From: an uncultured Actinomycetes bacterium
Lineage (GTDB): Bacteria > Actinomycetota > UBA4738 > JBBDTT01
Reading direction: 5' to 3'
Assembly (NCBI GenBank): GCA_963742735.1
Contig: CAVUMN010000003.1
Location: 512,001-576,000 of the forward strand
DNA length: 64,000 nt
Notes under the pieces: model-generated
What the model saw: only the letters and a program-made list of their open reading frames with translations
What the model was told of the DNA's origin: nothing
Database searches by the model: none
Shown: one piece after another, positions 37,124-48,227 of the stretch
Numbering within the stretch: the first letter of the stretch is position 1
Layout: each line of letters opens with the position of its first letter
Translations under genes and position numbers: made by a program

Positions 37124-37752
37124 GGTTCGCCGACCGGACCGAGGCGGGCCGGATCCTGGCGGAGCGCCTGGAGCACCTGCGGGGCCAGGACGTGGTCGTG
37201 CTGGGCATCCCCCGGGGAGGCGTGCCGGTGGCCGCGGAGATCGCGCGAGCCCTGAACGCCCCCCTGGACGTGGTGGTGCCCCGCAAGGTCGGCGCCCCGC
37301 GGAACCCTGAGCTCGCCATCGGCGCGGTGGCACCGGGGGTGCGGGTCTTCGACGAGCGGCTCGTCCGCATGCTGCGCGTCCCCGAGTCGTACCTGGAGTC
37401 CGAGTCCGCGGCGCAGGAGCGGGAGGTGCTGCGCCGGACCGAGGCCTACCGGCGCGGCCGGCCTCCGCTCGAGCTGCGGGACAAGGTCGGGGTCATCGTC
37501 GACGACGGGGTGGCCACCGGGAGCACGGTGGTGGCCGCGGCACGGTGGGTCCGCAGCCAGGCGCCGGCCAGAACGGTCATCGCCATCCCGGTGGGTCCTC
37601 CCGAGGCGCGGCTGCGTCTGGCGCCGGAGGCGGACGAGGCCGTGTTCGTGGCCACCCCCGAGCCGTTCTACGCGGTGGGGCAGTGGTACGAGCGCTTCGA
37701 CCAGCTCACGGACGACGAGGTGATCGGGATCCTCGAGGGCGCGCGGACGTGA
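37120..37752 (+). CDS. Phosphoribosyltransferase family protein
   Basis: FADRTEAG...GIPRGGVPVA...IVDDGVATGST...AVGQWY. Confidence 0.9.
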   Translation: MRFADRTEAGRILAERLEHLRGQDVVVLGIPRGGVPVAAEIARALNAPLDVVVPRKVGAPRNPELAIGAVAPGVRVFDERLVRMLRVPESYLESESAAQEREVLRRTEAYRRGRPPLELRDKVGVIVDDGVATGSTVVAAARWVRSQAPARTVIAIPVGPPEARLRLAPEADEAVFVATPEPFYAVGQWYERFDQLTDDEVIGILEGART

Positions 37753-38120
37753 CCCCCAGCTTCTCGCCGCCCCCGCCTCTGGGAGGGCTCTCGGGTGGAG
37801 AGATCGCCGAGGTCGTGCTGGGATGTCTTCTGGTCGTGTTCGGGCTCGTCGCCGGGATCCGGACGATGGCGAGGGTGGAGCCCGGCGACTCCGGCAAGCT
37901 CCGCACGCTGATCTCGCTCCACGCCCTGGCCCGGGCGGGCTTCTGGATCGGGCTGGGAGCGATCTTCTTCGCCTACGCGTTCCGCGGGTGGTGGGCGGGG
38001 TCGCCGGAGGGACTGTTCCCCATCCCGTTGGTGATGGCCGGCCTGCGCCTGATCACCGCCCAGGCCCTCGGCCGAAACCTCCCGCCCGAGGACGATCCGG
38101 CGGCTAGCCGGCGGCCTTGA
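37749..38120 (+). CDS. Hypothetical membrane protein
   Basis: Three TM segments; GTGA overlap with the PRTase gene. Confidence 0.6.
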   Translation: MTPSFSPPPPLGGLSGGEIAEVVLGCLLVVFGLVAGIRTMARVEPGDSGKLRTLISLHALARAGFWIGLGAIFFAYAFRGWWAGSPEGLFPIPLVMAGLRLITAQALGRNLPPEDDPAASRRP

Positions 38121-39624
38121 TGATCTCCTCTTCGAGGCCCTCGTAGCCGCGGAGGTACTCCTGGCGCTCGGCCTTGAACCGGTCGACCATCTGCGCGTAC
38201 TCGTCGGCGCGGTCCTGGCGCTCGTAGAGCTTCAGCGGCTGCAGGAGCTCGGGGTCGTCGATACCGGGGACGGCGGTGGCGATCTCGTAGCCGAAGTCGG
38301 GATCGTCGGTCCAGGTGATCGAGCCCTCGGCGATCGCCTTCACGACCGCCGACGAGTGCGGGATCTTCACCTTCTTCGACCGCTCGTCGTCGGCCTTGCC
38401 CCCCACGCGTCCGGTGTTCATCAGGAACACCTCCATCGGATGGGAGTCCAGGAGCTCCAGGAACCGGTTGCCCTGCTGCTCGTGGCGCAGGGGGAAGAAC
38501 GGGTTCGTTCCCGGGACGCGGAGGAACTTGCCCGCCTCGGAGGCTCCGCCCGCGGAGGTCCCGGTGGTCTCGCCGAGCATGAAGTACGCCGCCGCCTGGG
38601 TTCGCGAGAGGCGCGCCACGGCGGGCAGGATGTTCTCGTTCCAGTTGAGGATGAGCAGGTAGTCGACCCGTTCCAGCTCCTGGGCGTCCATCGAGCGGGC
38701 GAGGTCCTCCATGCGGAACACGGCCCGTCCGTTCTGCGTGTAGGACTCCTCGAAGAAGTTCACCTTCCCGTGCTCGTCCTGGTACACGTTCTCCAGGTAG
38801 GCGTTCGGCTTGACGATCGCGTTGTAGATGTTCGGCTCGAAGTCGGGGTCCAGGGAGAACGTCTTCGCGAAGCAGCCGTTCTCGGTGGCGTAGACCTTGC
38901 CGCCCGGCATGAGCGCGATGAAGTCGTCCTGCACCGGCAGCGAGTCGTTCTGGGTGGTGAACGTGGTGGTCGTCTTGCCGGTGCCCGACAGGCCGATGAT
39001 CAGGAAGACTCTCTGGTCGCCCTCGACCGGGATCATCTTGCACCCGGCGTGCAGGGCCAGCCCGCCCCGGTCGTGGACGATCTTGTTCCACATCCGCAGG
39101 CCACCCTTCTTCGACTCCCCGAAGTAGTCGGCGTGCAGGACGCGCGTGACGCCGTGGTCGAGGTCGACGGCGATCAGGCGGTCGTCCGGGTAGCCCTCGG
39201 CCTTCAGGTTGGGCGTGTAGATGACCTGAACCTCCGGCTCCGCCCCGTCGGTGCGCGGGTAGTAGAGCTTCTGCTGCATCCCCGCGATGTTCGCGTTGGC
39301 CTTCTCGATCGTCAGGCGAGCCCGCGTCTGGAAGTCGGGGGCGTTCCCGATGTAGCCGTCGACGACGACCATCTCCTGCTCGGCGATGTAGTCGTCCTGG
39401 AGCTTGGAGATCCGCGCGAACTCCTCGCGGGTGATGGTCTTGCCGCTGGTGACGCCGGGGTCGTCGCTCACGATGAAGGTGCTGCCCGCGCTTCGCGAGG
39501 TCACCCGCGTCTGGACGTTCACGTTGTCGAACTCGCTGATCCGGCACTGGGGCATCTGCTCGGTGAACGCCCGGAGCTCCTCGGGCGTGGGGTTGTCGTG
39601 GGTCACTTTGGGCTGGACGGTCAT
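38104..39624 (-). CDS. pckA: Phosphoenolpyruvate carboxykinase (ATP)
   Basis: YFGESKKG, LHAGCK, GLSGTGKTT, QDD, ENGCFAKT, TQNGR, MNTG. Confidence 0.85.
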   Translation of the reverse strand: MTVQPKVTHDNPTPEELRAFTEQMPQCRISEFDNVNVQTRVTSRSAGSTFIVSDDPGVTSGKTITREEFARISKLQDDYIAEQEMVVVDGYIGNAPDFQTRARLTIEKANANIAGMQQKLYYPRTDGAEPEVQVIYTPNLKAEGYPDDRLIAVDLDHGVTRVLHADYFGESKKGGLRMWNKIVHDRGGLALHAGCKMIPVEGDQRVFLIIGLSGTGKTTTTFTTQNDSLPVQDDFIALMPGGKVYATENGCFAKTFSLDPDFEPNIYNAIVKPNAYLENVYQDEHGKVNFFEESYTQNGRAVFRMEDLARSMDAQELERVDYLLILNWNENILPAVARLSRTQAAAYFMLGETTGTSAGGASEAGKFLRVPGTNPFFPLRHEQQGNRFLELLDSHPMEVFLMNTGRVGGKADDERSKKVKIPHSSAVVKAIAEGSITWTDDPDFGYEIATAVPGIDDPELLQPLKLYERQDRADEYAQMVDRFKAERQEYLRGYEGLEEEIIKAAG

Positions 39625-39677
39625 CAACGCTCCTGCGATCGAGGGGTGGGTTGGGGACGCGAAAAGTGGGGCCAATC

Positions 39678-40025
39678 CTACCGGACGTACAGCTCGCCGC
39701 TGCGCTCCTCGACCGTGCCCCGGCGCAGGGGCAGGACGTGGGTGAGGCCCTTGAAGAACGCGCCCAGCCCCGGGACCTTCGCGTACCACCCGCGGGGGCC
39801 GGTCACCATCCGCCCGCTCTTGACGTCGTAGCGGGAGCCGTGGCGGGGGCAGACCAGGCAACCCTCCCGGTCGATCGCCCCGCCGGCCAGGTCGGCGAGC
39901 TGGTGGCGGCATCGCCGGCTCACCGCGAACCGGTCGCCCTTCGCGTTGCCCACCGCCCAGGGGCCCGCCCCCGTGACCTTCCGAGGAGGAAGCTCCGAGG
40001 CCGGCCCGACGTGGATCTCGCCCAT
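39678..40025 (-). CDS. Rieske [2Fe-2S] ferredoxin
   Basis: CRH...CPRHGSRY. Confidence 0.85.
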   Translation of the reverse strand: MGEIHVGPASELPPRKVTGAGPWAVGNAKGDRFAVSRRCRHQLADLAGGAIDREGCLVCPRHGSRYDVKSGRMVTGPRGWYAKVPGLGAFFKGLTHVLPLRRGTVEERSGELYVR

Positions 40026-40036
40026 GCGCGAGGCCC

Positions 40037-40246
40037 CTAGCGGGAGCCCTCGACCTCGAAGAACAGCCTGACCTGGGTGCGATACTCGACGATCGCGTTG
40101 TCCTTCACGCCCGTCGAGGTCCCCAGGATCTCCATCTTGTTGATGTGGCGGATCGTCTTCGAGGCTTCCTTCAGGGCCTCCCGGGCGGCCTCGCCCCAGG
40201 ACTCCTCGGAGACGCCCTCCAGCTCCAGCGTGTTGATGACCGGCAT
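40037..40246 (-). CDS. Dodecin family protein
   Basis: [13 protein letters not shown]...ASKTIRHI...IVEYR; GAGGAGG SD. Confidence 0.85.
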   Translation of the reverse strand: MPVINTLELEGVSEESWGEAAREALKEASKTIRHINKMEILGTSTGVKDNAIVEYRTQVRLFFEVEGSR

Positions 40247-40288
40247 CGCCCTGCAGACCTCCTCGCGACGTGAGTATGGTTGATCATC

Positions 40289-41320
40289 GTGAACCGGAGG
40301 CTCCCAGGGCAAGCCCGCCTCTCCGAGGACGACCTGATCGCGGCCCTGCGCCGCCTGCTGTCGGCCGACGCTCCCGGCGTGCAGGTGGGGGTCGGAGACG
40401 ACGCCGCGATCGTCGAGCTGGGCCGTCATCCCGCCGTCGTGACCACCGATCTCCTCGTCGAGGGCGTCCACTTTCGCCGGAGCGCCACCTCCTCGCACGA
40501 CCTCGGCTACAAGGCCATCGCCGTCAACGTCTCCGACGTCGCCGCCATGGGAGGGAGCCCTCGGTACGCCACGGTCGGGCTGGGGCTGCGCGGCGGCGGC
40601 GAGGCGCCCTTCGTCATGGAGCTGTACGGGGGGATGCTGGAGGCCGCCGGCGAGTATGGCCTGTCGATCGTGGGCGGCGACCTCAGCCGCGCCGACCGCG
40701 TGGTGATCTCCGTGACCGTCGTGGGGGAGGTGGCCCAGGGCCATGCCGTGACGCGCTCGGGGGCGCGCCCCGGCGATCGGATCGTGGTGACCGGCGCGTT
40801 GGGGGCTGCCGCCGGAGGCCTCCGCCTGGCGCAGTCCGACCCCTCCCGGATCACCGAGTCCCTCGGGACCGACTGGGCCCGGGACCTCGCCATCGCCCTG
40901 GACCGCCCCGTGGCGCGGGTGGGAGAGGGCCTCACGCTCGCCCAGGCCGGGGCGACGGCGATGATGGACCTGTCCGACGGCCTGTCCACGGACCTGCCTC
41001 GCCTGTGCGCGGCGAGCGGGGTCGGAGCACGTGTCCGGCGCGCGGCGCTGCCGGTGGCCCCCGCGCTGCACGACCTCCAGAAGGTCCTGGGAACCGATCC
41101 GGTCGACCTGGCGGTCCACGGCGGCGAGGACTACGAGCTCCTGGCCGCGCTGCCCGCCGACGCCGTGGAGCCGGCCCTCCGCAAGCTCGGCGAGCGGTAT
41201 GGGACCTCGCTCGCCGAGATCGGGGAGATCACGGACGCCGCCGGCTCGGTCGTGCTGATGGATGACGACGGCGGTGAGCGCGCGCTGGAGCCCGGCGGCT
41301 GGGACCACTTCGGTGTCTGA
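40289..41320 (+). CDS. thiL: Thiamine-monophosphate kinase
   Basis: [42 protein letters not shown]. Confidence 0.95.
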   Translation: MNRRLPGQARLSEDDLIAALRRLLSADAPGVQVGVGDDAAIVELGRHPAVVTTDLLVEGVHFRRSATSSHDLGYKAIAVNVSDVAAMGGSPRYATVGLGLRGGGEAPFVMELYGGMLEAAGEYGLSIVGGDLSRADRVVISVTVVGEVAQGHAVTRSGARPGDRIVVTGALGAAAGGLRLAQSDPSRITESLGTDWARDLAIALDRPVARVGEGLTLAQAGATAMMDLSDGLSTDLPRLCAASGVGARVRRAALPVAPALHDLQKVLGTDPVDLAVHGGEDYELLAALPADAVEPALRKLGERYGTSLAEIGEITDAAGSVVLMDDDGGERALEPGGWDHFGV

Positions 41321-42137
41321 GGTTCCCCGGGCGCTGTCCATCGCGGGCTCGGACTCGGGAGGCGGCGCCGGGATCCAGGCCGACCTGAAGACGTTCCAGG
41401 CCCTCGGGGTATTCGGCATGACGGCGATCACCGCGGTGACCGTCCAGAACACCAAGGGGGTGACGGGCTACGAGGAGCTGTCGCCTCAGCTCGTCGGCGA
41501 CCAGATCCGCGCGGTGGTCGGCGACATCGGCGCCGATGCCGCGAAGACGGGCATGCTGGCCTCGGCTCCGATCATCGAGTCCGTCGCGGAGGCCGTGCGC
41601 GAGACGGGGATCACGAACCTCGTCGTCGACCCGGTGTTCGTCTCGAAGCACGGGCATCCGCTGCTGGCCGAGGACGCCGTGGGGGCCCTCCGCGAGCGGA
41701 TCGTCCCCCTGGCCATCCTGGTCACGCCGAACCTGCACGAGGCCGCGGGCCTGGCCGGCTTCCGCGTCGAGTCCCGCCCGGACATGGAGCGCGCGGCCGG
41801 GGCGATCCTGGCCCTCGGGCCTCGCGCGGTCCTGGTGAAGGGGGGTCACCTCGAAGGTTCGGCGGCGGATCTGTTCGCCGATGGCGACCGGACGGAATGG
41901 CTCGAGTCCGAACGGATCGACACGCCCCACACCCACGGGACCGGGTGTGTGCTGTCGGCCTCGATCACGGCCCACCTCGCGCTGGGCGACGACCTCGTCT
42001 CCTCCGTCCGCGCGGGAAAGGCCTTCGTGACCGAGGCCATCCGCCACGGGCTGGCCATCGGGCAGGGGATCGGCCCCGCCAACCCGGCGTGGCGCATATC
42101 GCCCGGCCGGGACGAATCGCGCATGGGCGACACTTGA
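41313..42137 (+). CDS. thiD: HMP/HMP-P kinase
   Basis: [36 protein letters not shown]. Confidence 0.95.
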   Translation: MSEVPRALSIAGSDSGGGAGIQADLKTFQALGVFGMTAITAVTVQNTKGVTGYEELSPQLVGDQIRAVVGDIGADAAKTGMLASAPIIESVAEAVRETGITNLVVDPVFVSKHGHPLLAEDAVGALRERIVPLAILVTPNLHEAAGLAGFRVESRPDMERAAGAILALGPRAVLVKGGHLEGSAADLFADGDRTEWLESERIDTPHTHGTGCVLSASITAHLALGDDLVSSVRAGKAFVTEAIRHGLAIGQGIGPANPAWRISPGRDESRMGDT

Positions 42138-42163
42138 CCCTCACGCCGGACGCCGCCTAGTCT
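42134..42163 (+). promoter_or_regulatory. SigA-type promoter
   Basis: TTGACC-N18-TAGTCT upstream of the 42191 gene. Confidence 0.55.
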
Positions 42164-42190
42164 GGGGGACCCCCGAGCCTGGAGTCGGCA

Positions 42191-44038
42191 ATGTCGAGGC
42201 GTCCGCACCCCAAGTCCTCCAACTGGCCGCGCGTCATGCTCGCCACGGTGCTCGTCGCCGTGGTCTTCGCGCAGGCCGCGCCGAGCGGCGCCGAGACCCC
42301 GCAGCCGCCGGTGTACGGCCTGGGGTCCCTCACGATCCAACCCGCCGTCGTCGACTCTGCGTGCCCGAAGACCAGCCTCGGCTACGTGGACGACTGGACG
42401 TGCACGCACTTCTCCGTCACCCCCGACACCTGCCCCATGGCGCCCGAGTCCGGGCCCGGGTACTTCGCCGCGTCGCCCGACCCGACCGGCGGAACGAAGG
42501 GCATCGTCGTCATGTTCAACGCCGGCGAAGGGGGGAGGTACTGGAGCTACGGGACCACCAACACCGGCATCACCACCGTCGAGCGGATGTACCAGGACGG
42601 CGGGCTGAAGGTGTTCCAGGTCCGGTGGCCGGTTCGAGGCTGGGGTCGCTCGGCTCTCGGCGTGAAGGCCGGCCCGGCGCGGCTGGCGTGCCGGATCGCC
42701 ACGATCACCAAGTACCTTCACGACCAGTACTGGTTGCCGCTGGAGGCCAGCCTGGTCACCCCGGCCGGACAGTGCGGCTTCTGCGCGGTGGGCGCTTCCG
42801 GGTCCTCCGGCGGGATCAGCTACATGCTCTCGCACTACGGGATGGACCAGTACCTGGACGCGCTCGTCCCCCACGGGGGTCCCACCCATGTCGCGATCGA
42901 CCGAGGGTGCGGTCCTCGCCGGCAGGACATCGGATACCGCTACCCGTCTCCCGATGAGTTCGACAAGGCCTACGGCTGGATGAGCTCAGATCCCGCCAGT
43001 CCCTGGTACACACCGAAGGGCCCGTGCGCCACGCAGAACGCCACGTCCACCTGGCTCACGACCTGGGTGAACGACAACGTCAACGCCCCGGGCGCCGACA
43101 ACTACTACCCGGGCACGCGTGTGCACGTCGTGGTGGGCGAGACCGACGGCCTCCAGCGCCAGCGAGCGAACGTCGAGTACGCCAACTGGCTCAACGACGG
43201 GTACGCCAACCGGACGGATCCGCTCCCGACCGATCCGCTGCCCCGGCTGAACGTTCGGATCGTCACGGGACAGGCCCACAACCTGAACGCGGCCGGGTAC
43301 GACGCGGTCTACGCGGCGCTCACGTGGACCGGCGGGGCGCAGGGGTGCAGCAACGGGTTCGACGACGACTGGGACGGCGTGGTCGACCTCGCCGACGGCG
43401 GCTGCACGGGGGCGTCCGACCTGCTGGAGCGCCAGGCGGGAGGCGCGACTCCGTGCGACGACGGGCTCGACAACGACGGGGACGGCGCCGCGGACTTCGC
43501 GACCTCACTCCCGTCGGATCAGGGCTGCTCGGGTGTCGCCGATTCGTCCGAGCGGACGCCGCAGTACCCGTGCGACGACGGCGCCGACAACGACGGCGAT
43601 GGGCTCGTCGACTTCCCCGCCGACCCCGGGTGCCCCACCGCCATCGGCGCGGAGGGCTCGGGCGGTGGCGGGCCGCAGACCATCTCGTTCGTCGCGACGT
43701 CGGTGAGCGTGACCGAGCGCGACCCGGGTCAGACCCAGCCGAAGTGTGTCGTGAAGATCAAGCTGTCCGGCGTTCCCTCCACCGACACGTTCGTGAACTA
43801 CGCGACGGCGAATGGCACGGCGATCGCCGGTTCCGACTACACGGCGAAGAGCGGAAAGATCAAGTGGGCGGTCGGGACGTCCACCCTCACCAAGAGCGTG
43901 GGCATCCTGCTGACCAACGACGCGTCCAACGAGAACAACGAGACGTTCAAGGTGAACCTGTCCGGAGCCACGCCGGCCGGCACCACGATCTCGACTCCCA
44001 GCGCGACGTGCACGATCGTGGACGACGCGGGCGGGTGA
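42191..44038 (+). CDS. Secreted protein: alpha/beta-hydrolase-like domain, three Cys/Asp repeats, Calx-beta domain
   Basis: Signal peptide; GASGS elbow; C-x-(N/D)G-x-D(N/D)D-x-DG...GC x3; VNYATANGTAIAGSDY...ETFKVNLS...TIVDD. Confidence 0.7.
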   Translation: MSRRPHPKSSNWPRVMLATVLVAVVFAQAAPSGAETPQPPVYGLGSLTIQPAVVDSACPKTSLGYVDDWTCTHFSVTPDTCPMAPESGPGYFAASPDPTGGTKGIVVMFNAGEGGRYWSYGTTNTGITTVERMYQDGGLKVFQVRWPVRGWGRSALGVKAGPARLACRIATITKYLHDQYWLPLEASLVTPAGQCGFCAVGASGSSGGISYMLSHYGMDQYLDALVPHGGPTHVAIDRGCGPRRQDIGYRYPSPDEFDKAYGWMSSDPASPWYTPKGPCATQNATSTWLTTWVNDNVNAPGADNYYPGTRVHVVVGETDGLQRQRANVEYANWLNDGYANRTDPLPTDPLPRLNVRIVTGQAHNLNAAGYDAVYAALTWTGGAQGCSNGFDDDWDGVVDLADGGCTGASDLLERQAGGATPCDDGLDNDGDGAADFATSLPSDQGCSGVADSSERTPQYPCDDGADNDGDGLVDFPADPGCPTAIGAEGSGGGGPQTISFVATSVSVTERDPGQTQPKCVVKIKLSGVPSTDTFVNYATANGTAIAGSDYTAKSGKIKWAVGTSTLTKSVGILLTNDASNENNETFKVNLSGATPAGTTISTPSATCTIVDDAGG

Positions 44039-44053
44039 GCTGAAGCTTCGGGC

Positions 44054-44245
44054 CTAGACGGCCCGGGTGATCTTGCCGGCCTTCAGGCACTTCGTGCAGA
44101 CATTGACCCGCTTCGGGGTTCCGTCGACGAGCGCGCGGACGCGCTGCACGTTCGGGTTCCACCGGCGCTTGGATCGCCGGTGCGAGTGGGAGATGTTCAT
44201 CCCGAACCCGGGGGTCTTTCCGCAGACGTCGCAGACCGCAGCCAT
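44054..44245 (-). CDS. rpmB: 50S ribosomal protein L28 (Zn-binding type)
   Basis: [15 protein letters not shown]...[14 protein letters not shown]...[10 protein letters not shown]. Confidence 0.96.
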   Translation of the reverse strand: MAAVCDVCGKTPGFGMNISHSHRRSKRRWNPNVQRVRALVDGTPKRVNVCTKCLKAGKITRAV

Positions 44246-44276
44246 GAGCGCTCGATGGTAGCAGACGGCCGCGTGG

Positions 44277-45962
44277 CTACCCCGGCGAACCGCCGCGGCG
44301 ACGAACGGCGACCAGCGAGGCAAGCACGAGCACGAGAACGATCGCGCCGAGGACCAGGGCGAGGCCGAGCGGAGACTCGCCGGCGGGGGCCGGAGGCAGG
44401 GCCAGCCCGTCCGTCGGGCTCGGGCCGGGTTTCGGCGCGTCCGACTCCACGGACGTGAGCCGTTTTGCCCGAAGCACGAGGGTGTCGATCCCATCGGAGA
44501 CCGTCGCCGTCACCCGATAGTCGCCGCTCGGCAGGCCCGCCGGCACGATGAAGGTGCGGGTGAACGTTCCCCGTTTGTGGGGCTTGACGGCCGGCAGCGA
44601 GTGCGCGGTGCCGTCCCCGTCGACCAGCGCGACCGACACGTTCACGTTGGCGCTCGACTCGATCCCCACGCCCGAGCGCCGGCCCGCCTCGGCCTGCATC
44701 GGAGGCCCGAACAACCGGGCCTCGAGCACCGGCGCCGGGAGCTTCGCCGCGGTCACGCGCAGCGGCCGGGCGGGGACGATCCGCCACGGCCCCGATCCGC
44801 GCAGGCGTTTCCCCCGTGCCGACGGTGCGTCGGCCGCCACGGTCACGCTGGTGAGCCCCGTGGCCACGCCCACGCGGATCGTCGGCGGAACATTTGCGTC
44901 GCGCGGCGTCAGTCCTCCGTAGTAGTGGGCGAGGATCTCGCCCGCGTTCACCCCGCGCCGGGCCTTCCCGTAGGCGCCCCACTGGACCATCCCGGTCCCG
45001 TGGCCCCAGCCCCGGCCGTCCACCACCAGGTCGCGCCCGTCGGTTCTCGCGTCGAACCACTTGGAGGGGATCGTCTGGGGCAGGCCGGGGTGGTCCTCCT
45101 GCTCGAGGTCCTCCCCGGGATAGGAGGCGGGGTCCAGGCACACGGAGCGGTCGTTGATCGCGATCCGAAACGAGACCTTCGACATCGTGACCCGTCGCCC
45201 GCCGCCGCGGATCACCAGGTTCTCGCCCTCCTGGGAGACCGCCGCCATGTCGCCTCCGGGCCAGTCGCCGGACGCGGCCAGGAACCGGGCCACGTCGGCG
45301 AGCGGGAGACGGGCGGTCCATCGGGAGACCGGCGACGCGCCGTCGTCGGACTCGCCGACGCCGCGCAGGTACGGGAGCGGGGTCCCGCCCTCGAACACCT
45401 CCTCGTTGTCGTACGTCCGGCCGTTCGAGGTCGAGAAGTAGAACGTCTCGGCCGGGTGCCCGTCGTGGAGCAGGGCCGTGCCGGCGGTTCGGGCGACGGC
45501 GTCGCGCCACCGGGAGCCCCACGCCCCGTGGGAGACGCCCAGCCCTCGATAGACCTGGCAGGCGTCGGTGGCGCACAGGTCGTAGCCCAGGACGTCGCCG
45601 GTGCTGTCCCCGCGTTCGAGCCGGGACAGGGCGTAGGTCCGTGCCGCCACGACCTGGGCGTCGAGCGCCGCGGCCGGCCAATCCCGGGGGACCTCGGCGA
45701 TGCCCTCCAGGTAGGTCTCGAACGGGAGCTCGTTGATCACGAAGAGCGTGCCGTCGGAGGCCTTGCCGACCTCGACGCGCCCCGTGAGACGAAGGTGCAG
45801 CGGGGCGCGCTCGTCGCGGGCGCATTCCGTCTCCAGCGGGGGATACGTGCCGTGTACCAGGACGGAGTCGGCCTCGACGAACGTTCGGGGAGGCGCGGCG
45901 GCGGCCGCGGGCCCCGCGGCGACGGCCGGCCCCACGATCGACAGCGCGAGGAGCGCGACCAC
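44277..45962 (-). CDS. SpoIID/LytB-domain membrane-anchored peptidoglycan hydrolase
   Basis: [17 protein letters not shown]...[10 protein letters not shown]...CQVY...[13 protein letters not shown]...ILAHYY; C-terminal TM. Confidence 0.85.
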   Translation of the reverse strand: MVALLALSIVGPAVAAGPAAAAAPPRTFVEADSVLVHGTYPPLETECARDERAPLHLRLTGRVEVGKASDGTLFVINELPFETYLEGIAEVPRDWPAAALDAQVVAARTYALSRLERGDSTGDVLGYDLCATDACQVYRGLGVSHGAWGSRWRDAVARTAGTALLHDGHPAETFYFSTSNGRTYDNEEVFEGGTPLPYLRGVGESDDGASPVSRWTARLPLADVARFLAASGDWPGGDMAAVSQEGENLVIRGGGRRVTMSKVSFRIAINDRSVCLDPASYPGEDLEQEDHPGLPQTIPSKWFDARTDGRDLVVDGRGWGHGTGMVQWGAYGKARRGVNAGEILAHYYGGLTPRDANVPPTIRVGVATGLTSVTVAADAPSARGKRLRGSGPWRIVPARPLRVTAAKLPAPVLEARLFGPPMQAEAGRRSGVGIESSANVNVSVALVDGDGTAHSLPAVKPHKRGTFTRTFIVPAGLPSGDYRVTATVSDGIDTLVLRAKRLTSVESDAPKPGPSPTDGLALPPAPAGESPLGLALVLGAIVLVLVLASLVAVRRRGGSPG

Positions 45963-45991
45963 TCCGGCGGGCGCCGCGCGGGACGGCCGGC

Positions 45992-46549
45992 TCAGACGAC
46001 CTTCCGAAGCTCGGTTCGCAGGAGGTCCAGGTCGACCTCGCCGTGATGGACGAAGACCCGCTCACCCGAGGCGTCGAAGAGGAGCGTGACCGGCTGGCCG
46101 ACGAACCCCCAGTCGTCGCGGATCGTCCCGTTCAGGTCGAAGACGCTGGGGTAGCGCCACGCGAAATCGCGCATGAAGGCTCGGGCGGACTCGCGGTCGT
46201 CGAGGATGTCGATCCCCAGGAACTGCACGCGCTCGCCGAACTCCTCGCTGGCCGCGCTGAGGGACGGCGCCTCCCGCTCGCACGGCGGGCACCACGATCC
46301 CCACACGTTGACCAGCACCGGCGTCCCCTCGAGCTGGCCGAGCAGGTCGGCGAACGCCTCGGGGCCGAACTCCGGGAGCTCGAACGCGTCGGTGGGCAGC
46401 AGCGCGGCGGTCGTGGCGTTGAGCGCGCCCCCGGTGGGCGTCGTCGTGGTACCGCCGGAGGCCGTGGGCGAGGGGTCCGGCTCGGGCGACGTGCAGGCCG
46501 AGACGAACAGCGTCGCCGCCAGGAGGAGAGCCGAGATCGTTCGCCGCAT
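45992..46549 (-). CDS. TlpA/ResA-like thioredoxin lipoprotein
   Basis: FVSAC lipobox; NVWGSWCPPC; GQPVT. Confidence 0.88.
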   Translation of the reverse strand: MRRTISALLLAATLFVSACTSPEPDPSPTASGGTTTTPTGGALNATTAALLPTDAFELPEFGPEAFADLLGQLEGTPVLVNVWGSWCPPCEREAPSLSAASEEFGERVQFLGIDILDDRESARAFMRDFAWRYPSVFDLNGTIRDDWGFVGQPVTLLFDASGERVFVHHGEVDLDLLRTELRKVV

Positions 46550-46604
46550 CTGCCCGATGCTAGCGTGCGGTTCCGTGATTGGCGGGTGCTATCGTTCGCG
46601 AGCG

Positions 46605-48227
46605 ATGGCGTCGCCGAACCCCCCGGTCCTCGACGCGCGGGCCCTCGTGGACGTCATGGGGCGCTTCGCCGATGCCCTCCGCGCCCATCGAGACGAGCTG
46701 AACTCCCTGAACGTCTTCCCGGTGCCCGACGGCGACACCGGCACCAACATGCTCCTCACCCAGGAGGCGGTCACCCGCGCGCTGGCGGCGAACGGCCACA
46801 CCGGGCTGCCCGAGGTCGGCGACGCGATCGCCCGCGCCTCGCTTATGGGCGCCCGCGGGAACTCGGGCGTGATCCTGTCCCAGGTCCTGCGAGGGCTCGT
46901 CTCCGTGCTGTGCGCCGGTGACCCGCCCGGCCCCGCGGCCCTGGCGGAGGCTCTCGAGGAGGCGACGCGCGAGGCCTACCGGGCGGTGGCCCGTCCCCGC
47001 GAGGGCACCGTGCTGACCGTCCTCGAGGCCGCGGCCGCGGCCGCGCGAGCGGCGTGCGACGCGGGGGGTGGGCTGCCCGAGGTGGCGGAGGCGGCGCTCC
47101 GCGCGGGTGCCGAGGCCCTCGAACGGACGCCCGAGCTCCTGCCCGAGCTCGCCCGCGCCGGCGTGGTCGACGCCGGCGGCCGCGGAGCCCTCCTGCTGTT
47201 CGACGCGCTCGCCTCGGTCCTGACCGGTGAGCCGATGTCGGTCGGCGTCGGCCCCCTCGGCCCCGTCGGGCGGGAGGAGACGGCTCGCCAGCCGGCGCCG
47301 CTCACGTTCTCGCACGAGGTGATGTACCTCCTGGAGGCGGCCGACGATTCGATCGCCGGCCTTGGGGAGGTCCTGGGAACGCTGGGCGACTCCCTGGTCA
47401 TCGTCGGAGGGCGCGGGCTCTACAACGTCCACGTCCACACCAACGAGGCCGACGCGGCGGTGGAGGCCGGACGCGGGGCCGGGCGGCCACGTGAGGTGCG
47501 GATCACCGACCTTCGCGAGGCGGTGGAGGAGCGGTGCCTCGCGGGCCAGGCCCGGGCGGTCCGGGTCGCCGAGCAGCGCGTCGCGATGGTGGCGGTGGCC
47601 GAGGGCGGCGGGCTCTCGGACCTGTTCAGGTCCCTGGGCGCGGTCGTGGTCACCGGCGGCCCGGGGCACAACCCCTCGGTGGAGGAGATCCACGCCGCGA
47701 TCCTGGTGACGGACGCCGATGCGGTGGTGGTCCTGCCGAATCACCGGAACGTGGTCCCCGCCGCCGAGCGAGCCGCGGAAGCGGCGGGGCCCGGGGCGCA
47801 GGTCCTGCCCACGCGGTCGGTTCCCGAGGGCCTGGCCGCAGCGGCCGTCTTCAATGCCCTCGGCGAGCCCGAGTCGGTCCGGGCGGAGATGGCCCGGGCC
47901 GCCGGCGGATGCGCGGCCGGCGAGCTGGCCGTGGCCGGGCGGGAGGCCGAGACCTCCGCCGGCCCGGTCCGTCCCGGCCAGTGGGTGGGGCTCGTCGACG
48001 GGACCATCGAGGTCCTCGGAGGGGATCCGGCCGCCGTCGCGGCCGAGCTGGTGGGGCGCCTGCTCCGCCCCGGTCACGAGGTCCTCACCCTGGTGACCGG
48101 TGAGGGCGCCTCGCCCGAGCAGGCCGAAGCGGTTCGCCTGGCCGTCGCGGCCGCCGCCCCGGACGTGGAGATCGAGGTGCACCGCGGGGACCAGCCCCGG
48201 TATCCGTATCTGATCGGCATCGAATGA
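46605..48227 (+). CDS. DAK2-domain protein (fatty acid kinase A-like)
   Basis: LNVFPVPDGDTGTNM, GARGNSG, GVVDAGG, HVHT, HRGDQP. Confidence 0.92.
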   Translation: MASPNPPVLDARALVDVMGRFADALRAHRDELNSLNVFPVPDGDTGTNMLLTQEAVTRALAANGHTGLPEVGDAIARASLMGARGNSGVILSQVLRGLVSVLCAGDPPGPAALAEALEEATREAYRAVARPREGTVLTVLEAAAAAARAACDAGGGLPEVAEAALRAGAEALERTPELLPELARAGVVDAGGRGALLLFDALASVLTGEPMSVGVGPLGPVGREETARQPAPLTFSHEVMYLLEAADDSIAGLGEVLGTLGDSLVIVGGRGLYNVHVHTNEADAAVEAGRGAGRPREVRITDLREAVEERCLAGQARAVRVAEQRVAMVAVAEGGGLSDLFRSLGAVVVTGGPGHNPSVEEIHAAILVTDADAVVVLPNHRNVVPAAERAAEAAGPGAQVLPTRSVPEGLAAAAVFNALGEPESVRAEMARAAGGCAAGELAVAGREAETSAGPVRPGQWVGLVDGTIEVLGGDPAAVAAELVGRLLRPGHEVLTLVTGEGASPEQAEAVRLAVAAAAPDVEIEVHRGDQPRYPYLIGIE

